From Vermamoeba vermiformis (lineage: Eukaryota): a DNA stretch of 64,000 nt. Position numbers and translations under genes: made by a program. Under the pieces are notes generated by a model that worked only from the letters and a program-made list of their open reading frames with translations, had not been told where the DNA came from and did not search any database. This document shows positions 26,662 to 38,445 of this stretch, one piece after another; positions within the stretch are counted from its first letter, which is position 1; every line of letters starts with the position of its first letter. Where the stretch lies: assembly GCA_045837725.1 (NCBI GenBank), contig JBEWZL010000253.1, positions 186,001 through 250,000 of the forward strand, given 5' to 3'.

Positions 26662-28170
26662 CTAGCGTCGGAACAGTTTCTTGTTGAATTTGCTCGAGCT
26701 GATCTGATTGCTGTTGCTCGCTTTCAGACGTCGATAGGCCTCGCGCAAGTGTTCGGGTCTGATCGCGCCTGTGTCGCCCCACTCCTCCATGATCGACCGC
26801 GCTGCACATCACGTTATTGCTGCAATTGCACACTGAGGTAACGTACCGGTCTCAACGAGTTCCCCGACAAATATCTTGGTGATGCCCGACATGACAATCA
26901 CACTCGGCAGACTCACTGTGGAGCCCGAGATCTGCGCCATCAACTGCAAAGAGTGCATTAGTGAGCAGGCACGTGATCAGAGGCATGAGTGATATGCGCT
27001 AGTTGTGTACTCACGCGTTTAATGGCAGCTTTCGGAAAACTCGATCGCCGATACACTTCGTACCGGTCCATTTGTTCGGGTGTGAACTGCGACAAGAGCA
27101 CTCTAAAAATAGCTGGTGAGCGATTACTATATTAGGCAATCAGCTGTTCACTGAACCACGTACTTCATTCGCTTGCCAAACTCCTCGCTCTGTGCCGCAC
27201 GTTCCTCTTCCTGTGACAAGACATGAGTATTTGCAGCACCGCTAGCGTCACTCGTAACGTACAAACAGGCCCTCATCGATCTTCTCGTCGTCATCGTCAG
27301 TGTCCTCGCTCTTCTCTTCCTCGTCCTCGTCCTCATCACCCTCGCTCTTGTCTTCGTCGTCCTCGTCATCGCGCTCGTCTTCATCTTCGTCCTCGTCCTC
27401 GTTGCTGTTGCCCTGTCAATGGCCGCGGCGCAGTCAATATCACTCCGAGACTACACCGCTCTGCTGCACGACATACCCGCTTCGATTCAGTCTCCAGATC
27501 CAGCTCCGTGTCCTCCACGTCCTCCAAGTCCTCGTCGTTCTTCTTCTTTGGCGTTGCTTTGGCGGCATTAGTATTGCTCTCTTCACCTTCTTCTTTCTTT
27601 TTATTCTTCCGCGGTTTCTTCGTTGGTGGACCTTCCTTATTTGGATTGTTCGGGTCATCGGGCTGTTTGCGTTTGCGAGGCTGTTTGGGCGCGTTTGGAT
27701 CTTTTTCTTTTTTAGGTTTGGGAGGCGCATTAGGATCCTTAGGCTTCCTCGGCTTAGGTGGTGCATTAGGATCTTTTGGTTTGCGAGGTTTAGGCGGTGC
27801 ATTTGGGTCTTTTTCTTTTTTTGCTCGGGCTGTTACGCAGTCAGATCCGATCCACATTAAATCAACAACAAATGGCCAAAAAATATTTTTAAAAATATTT
27901 TCTCAATAATATAAATACATAATTAAGATAGTAGACTCGAAATTATACGCTGTGCATTTAAAATAAATTTAGAAAAGTACGCAACATTTTTCACTATTAA
28001 TTTCACACCATCCTTGCGCACCACATGAATAATAGACGCTACGTACGCTTTTTCTCTTTGTCACCACTAGCGGGTGTCTTTTTTGTTCCTGAAGCTGCGC
28101 CTGTTGTTGGAGTTGCAGGCGTGGCTGGTGTGCCAGGAGAAGGCCCGAACAAATCGGGCATATCAGACAT
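26662..28170 (-). CDS. TAF11: TFIID subunit 11 with a long basic-repeat/acidic N-terminus
   Basis: Histone fold [43 protein letters not shown]. Confidence 0.9.
27680..27822 (-). repeat. 36-bp coding tandem repeat KDPNAPPKP(R/K)K, about 4 copies
   Basis: [46 protein letters not shown]. Confidence 0.85.
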
Positions 28171-28304
28171 GATGTGCTCTATACGCTGTGTATTGATACA
28201 ATTGTGTGGTTGCTTTTTTTGGCTGCGTTCGTTTGGGTGGTGACAAGGCACAATTACTTCACACGAGATTTTATTCCTCTATTTATTTTTCAACGCAACC
28301 ACCA

Positions 28305-29767
28305 ATGTCCAGCGCACGATTACTGTTCCAATTAGGCATATTAGGAGGCCTTGGATCTGTCGTTCACAGTGGCTTCAATGACCTTATCAGATGGCAGTTC
28401 TACGTGCTCATGTCCGTAGTTCTCGGTGCCTATTTAGCCACCATCTACTTGATCCCTAAAGTCAAGGAATATTGTTTGAAAGCTGATTTGTTTGGCAGAG
28501 ATATTAACAAGAACTCCACTGAAAAAGTGTAAGATCTGAAATATTTCCGACTATTTTAGAATAATTATACAACGCGATTATTATATCCAAGCGACATCAT
28601 AATAATTTTTACAATTAGACCCGAGTCTCTTGGTGTGGCTGTTGGAGTTGTATTTATTGTGGCCGCTGTGTTGGTGCAACCTTTAATGACATCAATGGTA
28701 AGTCTAATTTTTACTTGTAAAATACCTTCAGTATAATGCATATACGCACGATCAATTAGCTCATTAATTTTTAAATTTTAACTTTCTGACACGTCATTCA
28801 CGGATTGGCTTCTCAGTACTAATTCATTACACCCAACTAGCTCGGTCAATACAATGCCGCCCTATTGAGCATCTGTTTAATGTGGTTCTTGGGATTTGCA
28901 GACGACGTGTTTGATCTGCGCTGGGCCATCAAGATCTTCTGCTCCTTCATCGCGACACTGCCCCTGTTAGTCGCTTACAGTGGTCCTACAAACATCATTG
29001 TGCCCAAACCTCTCCGCGAGTACCTTGGCGGCGAGCTCACGATTGGCTACTTCTATCACTTGTACATGTCACTGATCGCTGTGTTCTGCACCAACAGCAT
29101 CAACATTCACGCGGGCATCAATGGCCTCGAAGCCAGTCAATCAGCCGTGATTGCCGTGTCGATTATCATCCACAACTTCATTGAGCTCAGTGGTCCCTAC
29201 GGCGACGGTCATTTGCTCTCGCTCTACATCATGTTCCCATTCTTGGCGTGCGTGTTGGCACTCTTGTACTTCAACTGGTACGTGTGACAATGCGTTGATA
29301 GTGCGTCACACTAATATACCTTATTTTCAGGTACCCCTCGCAAGTGTTCGTGGGTGACTCGTTCACGTATCTCGCAGGCATGACCTTTGCAGTGAGCGGC
29401 ATTCTCGGTCGATTCAGCAAGACCTTGATGTTGTTCTTCTTGCCCGAACTGCTCAACTTCATTCTCTCCATACCGCAGCTCTTGCGCATCATTCCCTGCC
29501 CCAGACATCGTTTGCCCAAGTAAGTTTCATCGATGCACGCAGTATTTCCGTGCACACCGTACTAATCCTACCTACAGGTTGGACGAGAAGACAGGCAAGT
29601 TGAACTACACCAAGAACTTCACTTTGCTCAATGCTACTCTCTTCCTCGTTGGTCCCACGCACGAGAGAACACTCTGCATTTACATGATCATGTTCCAGAT
29701 CTTCTGCTCTGCTGTCGGCTTCGGCATTCGGTACAGCGATAGATTGACCAACGCTTTTTACGACTAA
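28305..29767 (+). CDS. DPAGT1: UDP-GlcNAc:dolichol-phosphate GlcNAc-1-P transferase
   Basis: [47 protein letters not shown]. Confidence 0.95.
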
Positions 29768-29923
29768 GCATGTATTTCACGATAAACGCGGTACCGTACT
29801 GCAACTAAATTTGATAAAATTTTGGTTGTGTTCGTCCTAGTAATTTTTGCTCACCAAACAAAAAAACACAGAACACCAAACGAGTTTGGTAGGCAAAGCA
29901 CTTTTGATAGCCAAAAGCCTTTG

Positions 29924-31632
29924 ATGGATCAAGAGCAGGCTAAAAATGTAGACCTGCCTGGTCTTAACGAAGCAGATCAACAAAAGGTTGCTGAAGCAGC
30001 CGAACAATCATTCCAATACACGTACCCAGGTGCTTCCTTGCAACGAATAAATTATACCTTGTCTGTAAGTAGCACTTTCGATTTTTTTTCGCATTTTCGT
30101 TTTCGTTTCGGATTAAATCTCATCTGGTTTCATCTGGGCTAATCCGTTTCGGTAGGGCATCGATCCGAACAGCGGACATGAGTACCAACAACAAGGAGAT
30201 GGCATGGATTCGCAAGTGGTACGCATTATTTGCTGGCGAAAGCTTTTGTTGTTATCGGTAATTTGCGCGGGAACTGATCTCACATCAATTAAGGTTCTGG
30301 GCTTGCAAGGACAGGGCATAGTAGGAATGCAAGATGATATAAGTGATGACAGCAAGTCAGAAGACGACGGCGATGGTAAAAAACCTCGATCGAAGAAGCA
30401 GTTAGAGCAAAAGAAAGTGGTAGTCAATTTCATCAAAGCAGTGACTCGGGTGAGCGACGAGATTATGCAAGGTTACTCTGTGGCTGGCAAGCAAAAATCA
30501 TTTCCACTGGACAAGGTAAGGACTGTCCTGCTATCTATGAGACGAGAAGAGTATTGACGCGGTCGATGGCAGCAAAAACTGCTGGATCTGTTCTCTTCGC
30601 ACGTGCAAATTGATCCGCCAGTCACACCGTCAGTGTTTTGGAAGTATACAAAGCGAGAGGTCTACACTGATAAGAACTTGCATCGTAACAGAAAGATGGG
30701 CGGATTCAAAGGTAGGTTTTTAAGGTCTAATCTCATATAATAGTTAGTTAATTAACAGTTAATTATAATAATACTTCGACACTAGGCTTGAGTGGCGTGC
30801 AGTTCCGCAATCCTGAGAATCAAGAGGACCGCAATATTATGGACCGCAGACTGGCTAAGATTGAACAGCACTTGATCCAGCCAAAAGAGAACTTGTACAA
30901 CATTTTGAGGTACTGTCAGTGGCCTATATGAGTGCTCGTCTATTAACTAACAGCCCGTCATTAGCTTTTACAACCGCGAGTCCGAGACTACACCAGCCAA
31001 GAAAGAGCACGGCAATCGCAGGAAGCGCAAAGCCACGCCCGATCAGATGATGGGCATGGAGTACGTGCAACTGCCTTACACTCTGCGCACAGTACGTCAC
31101 AGCACTGATGTTGCATGAACTATGTGTATTAACACGACACTAGGACGGCTTGGACATGACGCAACAAGCACTCGGCGAGGCACATGAAGTGACGGTGGAC
31201 CTCAACAACAGCACCGATGCGGGCAAAGACGAGCAGTCCTCGAGTGAAGGTCCTGAGCCCAAGCGACGCAAGCTGATGACTGGCAGCGACAGTGCGCAGC
31301 GGCAAGTGACAGGTGTCAACGGAGATGTCAACAAGAGTGTCACGCAGCAGTTGATTGATGTCACTGGCGTGGCTTATCCGTCCATTGTGCTGAGTCCTAC
31401 TGCACTAGAGACACTGCGGCTATTGAATGTAAGTACTAGCCAGGTGCTCCGTATTAAGTTATAGTCGTTAGAATGGATCTTTAACCGACACTTGCAGGAT
31501 CCTGAGCTGTTATCGTTGCTACGGCAATTGAAGGACTTGCAGCAAGCGTTGAGCGCCAATGCATTGGCTCCACATATAGTAGCGGCACCAGTAGTGGCGA
31601 ATGTTATACCTGGCACGAGTACGCCAAAGTAA
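29924..31632 (+). CDS. Uncharacterised probable nuclear protein
   Basis: About 8 exons joined by in-frame GT-AG introns. NLS-like RRKRK and PKRRK, acidic patches. No family recognised. Confidence 0.6.
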
Positions 31633-32480
31633 CGGATGTAGATTTGTAAAAAGTAAATTGTAATAAATGCGACAAACAAAATAACACAGTTTAAATTACT
31701 GTAATAATATTTAACCCACAAAATAAAATTATTTCTTCAATCGATGAGCATGTAACCGAAAAGGAATTTGGATTCTCGATCCTCGATCTCAAATTTACTT
31801 GGAGGGGAATGTCATTCACCGTACCATTATCTTATTGTAGCTTCTTACTACCATTTTTTTCTGTAATTTGTGGACAAACGTTAATTCTACGTTCGATCTG
31901 GTTTGTCCGTTAGTCAGATCATCCTTGTATTGCCCACACAGCTCTGTAATTCAGACTAACCACAACATATTTCTTGTGTGTGGAGGCAAAGGGACGACCC
32001 ATAACTTTTTGGTTGTTGAGTTGCGGACAGATATTTTGTGGCTGCGTGTTGACTGGTGTAAATTGGGCAGAGTAGTCATTGGTGCACGTTATGTTATTAA
32101 CTGTGAAATCACCTTCTGGACGAGTACACGTTTGGAAGCGTTATATAGATTCGTTTCAGCGCTGGAACAAATTCAGGTCGGGTATTTCACTAGTTGTAGC
32201 TTATCGGTCGGAGTGGTTCATCGTCTTCTCACCAATTCTTCAATATCTGATGCGACTGAGAACACGGTGGATATGCTTCGTCAAGGCTACAGCTTTGAAA
32301 TTCTTCGATTTGCGACCTGTTCGCGGTGAATTCATCGTGGACAGGTCACTCACCCCCCCTACAGTCATATGATTGTAGATCTATCACTTGACGCAACCAC
32401 CTTGCACTCGCCCGCAAAATTCTTTTTTTTTGTCCAAACGAATGATCGAAAAGGTCTATTTACATGTTTCACCGCTGAGT

Positions 32481-34836
32481 TTACAGTGCCTTTGAGGCGT
32501 CTTTCATAGCTGAGTCGCCCATTGAAGTGAATCCCATCGCTTGGTGCAAGTTGGGATTGTTTTGCATTGCTTCACTAAGGCCTGACACTTCCTCTTTCAA
32601 GTCAACTTCCAGTGCTTTCAAAGTGTCACGGAGATTTTGCAAGCCAAACAAGTAAGTCTCGTCGCGCTTGCTAGCAGGAAAGCTGTGCGCAAAATCGATC
32701 ATCTTCACGTCTGCATTGCCGCCTTCACCCTCGTACATCAACAACACGCTGCTCGACAAGAACAAGAACGTCTCTTGTTCAGTGAACCATGCAATCAATT
32801 CTTCGAGTCTTTTCACCAATTTAGGAATGACATCGACGCGGTGTATCTTGCCTGTGCGCATGTTAGTTCAAATCAATGGCCATCGAGCCGTACCATTGAA
32901 GAAGTACTGGCGCATGGTCTCGTTGAGTGCAGTGACGTTCTTGCTGCTCTCGAGTCCGCCCTTGTTCAACACTTGACCGTCAGTCTGCCACACCTTCATG
33001 CCGGCCACACGAAATCCCAACACGTGTGAGGTCGTCATATTGCTCACAACGCTCTGTTTGAATCGTTTGAGTACACTCGCATTCGGATCTGTGCCCGAAG
33101 AATTTCCGCCCATTTTGATGTCCATCACACTCGGGGACTTGTAGCCTTTGAGCAAGTTCTCTAAAATAATGTAATCTGTGCACGAGTTAAGGGCCAATCA
33201 AATAGTCAACGCAGTCTAAGTAACAATTATTGTGAGGATACGAGAGGGCGTGCTGACGTGGCTAGTTTGGCTGGGCGAGTTGGGCTGTTCAATGTAAATT
33301 GAGCCGTAGAACTTGGGGAAGTAGTTGGCGGGAATTTTAGGGTCTTTTTCGATCTCGTCTTTCAAATAGACGTAGAAGCCGTATTCGTGACTGTTGAGTG
33401 GCTTCAAGATGGTGTTGCCAGTTTCATCGGCCAGCATGGACATCTTGCCCTTGTGACCTGCGACTTGGTGGTCGAACATCTTGTACTTGCACTCCGAGGC
33501 AGCTGTCATGGGGGTCAGTCAAATGCGTTAGAGTGTCAAAAGCGTCAGTTACCTTGCAGCGCTGATTTTAAGCAGAACTTGACCGTGTTTTGCACTATTT
33601 TGTCGTCTTGAAAGGCCACAGCAAAATGTGAAAATTCAATGTTGTCTGCGTCTTTGAGATTGATCCTTAATGCAGCTAGTTAGAGACAATAAATGTGAAC
33701 ATGATCGTACCTCTTCAATATACCGGCCACGCTGTACTTCTGTTCGTCAGTGTCGCTCAGCCCTTCAAACTCACTCGCGCGAGGAGGTGAATAGACCAAG
33801 TTGTTCAACTCGTCCACGGTCAGCTTGCCGTCGTTGTTCTCGTCCAACAGTTTGAAGGCCCCTAGTGCAGCTATTATTAGCACTCATAATGCTGCAGTGT
33901 CATTGTTGTAGACTCACAGATTAGCTTTTGCGTGGGAGTCGCATGTTTGACACGTGACATGCCAATTAAGAACTCGCGCAAACAGATCTTATCGCTGTAC
34001 GCGTGTCGTGGGCTCATTCGTGTGCTGCCACCCGGTGGTGATGTGATATTTCCAAATAAGGTAATGTACATCTCACGCCAGAATCCTTCGCTGCCACGAT
34101 AGACCGCTTTCTGCACGTCTTTGATAAAATCATCGCGGGCTACTGTACCGGACGTGTATTTTTTGCTAAATAAGGAAATATACTTTTGCAGCTTCTCCTT
34201 AGTAACTATGAACGGTATATTTAAGAGGTAGCTCTCAATAACAAGTTGTACGTACATCCAGTTTTCTCCATCAAGTCTTCGTAATTTGCATCTGACATAG
34301 AAGCCAAATTGAGCGATGCGACCTATAATTTGGTAACGATTAAAAATGTACGTAATTGCCGCGCACAATCGAAATTTCCTGCCTTTTTCGCAATGCAATC
34401 CATCCATTCGAGTTTCTCCTTTTCAGATGCGGCTTGAATAAAATATTTTCGTCGCTCGGATGTTATACTGAAGCAATATTCCTTGTTGTCGATTTGTTTT
34501 TCTTCTCCGAGGGCGCTACCGAGTAACGGAATGCGACCCGCGATATCAACTTTCTACGCTGCCATTAATTATCATACAAAAAATGCATTATCATGCTTTG
34601 ATTCATACCACGTCAGTCGGATTGGGTTTGGAGCGAAAATAATAAAGATTATCCTCGTATAAAATTACCCATCGTTTTTTCCAGTTCTTAACAACATCGC
34701 CTATACATGATCAATAAGTATAAATTATTAGTTAAGCAATAGTACATTAAAGCAACGTACCGCGCTTGTTTAACCACCCTTCTTTTTCTTTCGGGCTAGA
34801 CAAAGTGAATGGCAGATCTGAGGCTGGTTTAAGCAT
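32481..34836 (-). CDS. PH domain - EF-hand (NCS/recoverin-like) - inositol polyphosphate kinase fusion
   Basis: PH: KEGWLNKRGDVVKNWKKRWVIL..YFIQAASEKEKLEWM. EF: AFKLLDENNDGKLTVDEL. IPK: QVAGH, PSVMDIKMG, SSVLL, MIDFAH. Confidence 0.82.
33176..33241 (-). other. U12-type GT-AG intron
   Basis: 5'SS GTATCCTC, branch CCCTTAAC about 11 nt before CAG. Removal gives SHYIILENLL. Confidence 0.82.
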
Positions 34837-34997
34837 TTAAGTTGGTGTTTATATTTATCTCTATTGACTAATCTGATCTTCGTGGTATGCTATTCTTTAT
34901 CATAATTAATAACAGTTTGTTCGAAAAATGCGCGAAATTTTGAGATTTGTGAACCATCTGAGACACGTGCAATAAATAAAGGTTTTAGGTACAGAAT

Positions 34998-36755
34998 TTA
35001 TTTCGGATCGCTTTCTTCATCCGACTCATCGGAGTGTTCGTCAAGTTTGTTGCGGCCTCTGTTTTTGTCCCTGCGCTCACTCGCTTGTTCTTCACTCGAC
35101 GACGGGTCGTCGCGCAGTTGAGGTACGCCAGTGACGAGCTCGACAAAGTGTCTGCACACCTGCATCGAGTCGTTGTTCAACAAAAATCCGGTGTAGTTGC
35201 ACTTGATATTGCGCTTGAGCTTGTCAATGTCGTCCTGTTTCACTTGATCGAGTGCGGCGAGGATGGACGTGTCAAACTTCTTCGGGGTCAGCAGAGTGAA
35301 GCCGCGCTGCAAGTACTTGTAAGTGCGCGGCAGAAATGTCTCGGCGTCATCTTGGTTGTTGACGAGCTTGTAATTGATCATCGTGCTCGTGGTGAGTGAC
35401 TGCACGAATGAAGGGGTTCCGAGCACGTCTTTGCCGTCCCAGCCCACTTGACACGCGTCCAAGTCAAAGATGTGCAGAATGACGTCTGGTGCCATGTCAT
35501 CGTCGTACCAAATGAATTGGAACTTGAGCTCTTGGCCCTTCACTTTCGCAATGCGAGTGCGCACATAGGCTGAGTCCTTTTTGCCCTCTTGCACACCACC
35601 ATCAGCCACTGTCTCGAGCTGTTCAGTGAACTTGTCCACGCTGTCGCGGTACTTAATGAAGTCACTGCAAGTGAAGAAGAAATCGAGGTCTTGACTGGTC
35701 GCTACGACTCGACAGTTAACACCAATGTTTATCGTATTTGTCATATTGAGAATATTACCTGCGAATTCCTTGTTCAACAGACAATTGAGCACACTGCCTC
35801 CGACCATGAAAAACTTGTTCCATTTGATCCATTTGGCCCACACGTTGTACTTGAATCGCTTGTTCATCGCGCGCTTGAACTCTTCCTTGCTGCGAATCAA
35901 TGGTGCAACACGTTGTGGCACTTTGTCAGCGGTGAGAGGCGTGCTGGGGTCTTTGTAGTTATAAATGTTGAACAGTTGCAATTCAATTGCATTCAGCGGA
36001 CGAGGGACGAGCATGTTGCGCACGCCAGGGTGATGCAGCGGCAGCAGCGGATTGGACAAGCGATGTTTGTCACCGATCAAGTACTTGTGATATGGTGCTA
36101 GCCGTGACAGGGTCTGGAACTGCGGTGTCAACGAAAAGTGTCGCAGTTGACTGTAACACTTAGCACCAAACACGCCGTTGATGTGTTCAGTGAACAAGTG
36201 ACACTTGAGCAACAACTCTTTGAACTCGGTCCAGTGCTCGTACTGCGAGAACCCGAAGCAAGAAGCGAAGTCCTGGTTATCAGGCAGTTCAAGTTGTGTT
36301 TTGTTGTGGGCTTGGATAAAGTTCTGATAATTGTCCACTATCCAGCCAGCAAGGGATGCTTCGTGCGCGTAATCGTAGTGCAAGCCAACAGTTTTGATCT
36401 GATTCTGAAGCATATTTTTTCAAAATTGCCGTGGCCAGATTCTACGCAGTGTTAGCTAGGGCCAAGGGCCAAAAAATTTAGCTACCGTGTGGTTTACGCA
36501 CCTGAGATTTTTTAAGGTTGTATACCCTCCAGCAAGTTGCAAACAAGCCACCCTTTGTTGCTGCATCTGCGTACGTCAAAATAATTTCGAGTAACTCCGT
36601 TGGCATATAGACACCTAAAAGTAAATTTTAATAATAAGAACAAAATTAAATACTGTTTACACACCGCTATTTTCGGTTGGTGCATCTGACACTTTTGCTT
36701 TCTTGCGCTGTTTCTTTTCCAGCAGACCTGCCTTGGTTGCTGTGCGCTTTGACAT
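34998..36755 (-). CDS. F-box plus Pol-beta-like nucleotidyltransferase-fold protein; apparent +1 frameshift in T6 at 36415-36420
   Basis: Exon 1 MSKRTATK..KKQRKK. F-box MPTELLEIILTY..LFATCWRVY. VGGSVL..QDLDFF..FQFI..FDLDACQVGWDG. In-frame ~54-nt intron near 35703-35757. Confidence 0.65.
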
Positions 36756-36954
36756 CGCTGTGCTGGAGTTGTGTTAATCGGCACATGGTCGCACACCAAA
36801 ATATCGCGCTTTTATGCCAGGGTGACACTCCCTTCCTGGAATTCTCATCGCATTTTTTCCAAGAAAGGAAATGTGTTCCACAGCACGTGATCAGTGACCA
36901 GTCATTGCGCGACCGATACAGAAGGACTTGCTGAAGGCATCTTTATGTACACGT

Positions 36955-37940
36955 TTATCCGATCGAGTCCAGGTACTCAAAGTACGCTAGAAAATAAAAT
37001 ACACTGTCCAACACGAACATCAGATCCGCAATGAAATAAAACACTTGCGTGTAGTCGAACACGGTGTAGAGTGAGTCGATGAGCAAATCTGTCTTGTTCG
37101 TAGTCTCTTGCGTATTGAAGTTGTACTTGAGCAGGCCCATAGCAGCGAATATGACGTACATCCCTGATATCACGTAAATAGCACTCGGCAACACGTTGAA
37201 AAATTCGCCCAAAAAATTGAAGTCGCGCCATTTAGAGTCCGGGGCCAGTGAACACAAGTATGGGTTGTACTTCTTTGGCGCATTGTCGCTAGTGGTACTT
37301 GTCCTCGTATCTCCATTGAGAGATTCCATTAATTTATAACCTGTTTCTTCATCGTCCTTCTTTTTTTCCTTGGCTTGGATCCTCGCTGGTCGAAAACAAA
37401 ATTAGGCTCGATGTCAAATTGAAGTCAGGGCATTATTACCATTTCTCCAAGCACTATAATACATTAGTGACGATAAGAAGAATATCGCAAAGCTGACTTC
37501 AGAGATCCAGTACACAGCAAAAATTGTCGCAAATTGCTCAATCATCGGCGCTTGAACGTCTGTCAAATAGTACAATCCTGATGATACTACGAAACCAATT
37601 GATGCCACTATATTTAGCACCTCACCCCACATGGCTGGGTCCCAATACTGCCAGTATAATTGTTAACTCCATAGGATCGCAGTGATTTATATTAGTTTTG
37701 TACCTTGTGCGACCGCCACTTCCTCCAAGATTCGTAATATAGTATGCTATCTATAAAATACAATATAGATAAAACGAAGTACACCGTGTGCGATGTTGTT
37801 CCTCCGAAAGACGTTGGATCGAAGTATTCAATCAAGTGACACACAACATAGCCAATAGAGGGAATGACGTAGAATAGAGAGGCCCAAAAGTAGACGTCTT
37901 TGAATGTTCCAGGGGGTATTTTGTATTTTCCAAACTTCAT
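36955..37940 (-). CDS. Multi-pass membrane protein (YrhK-like repeats possible)
   Basis: Three hydrophobic exons with repeated W(G/A)xxF/LN..S..Y and F..DS..Y patterns. Confidence 0.6.
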
Positions 37941-38445
37941 TTCGCTGTCGAAGGATCGGTTAGCGACAGATTCGCGTGTCATTTACGAAAGGAAAATATT
38001 GCGCTAATTAATGATCAACAACCTGATAAAATTAGACTTACATGGATGCATTCGGAACATTAATTCTTCGTTACAAAACTGACTTCGCTCCGGATCTGTT
38101 TCGGTTGTTGCAATAGTTTGTATGTATTGTGCTAGACTGGTGTTGTATGAATAACAATCTGGCTGGGGAGAAATAAAATGGGTTGCCAAAATGTTGTGAT
38201 TCCCAATATTATTAACTATTTTCGGCAGACGGTTTGTGGTGGATCCGACACTCGCTCTTGTTGTTGCAGAAAATTAAGTGATAGCGTAGCGAGCGAGTGG
38301 CATGCAAGCCAAAAAAATCACCTCATACCATGTTTCAGTTTGTGAATTGTCACAGTCGGAAAAATAGTTAGGAGTATATCTAAAGTTGTGAACGTACGTG
38401 TGATTAAGGGCCAATTTATTAAGACGCGCAATGTAAATCAGTCGC

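Noticed and set aside
2935-28170. Cluster of transcription-machinery genes (RPC6, AC19, TFIIF-beta, TAF11)
   Set aside because: Interspersed with unrelated genes. No evidence beyond chance without synteny data.
31740-32400. ORFs of 97-153 aa between two convergent genes
   Set aside because: No coherent gene model could be built. A small spliced gene cannot be excluded.
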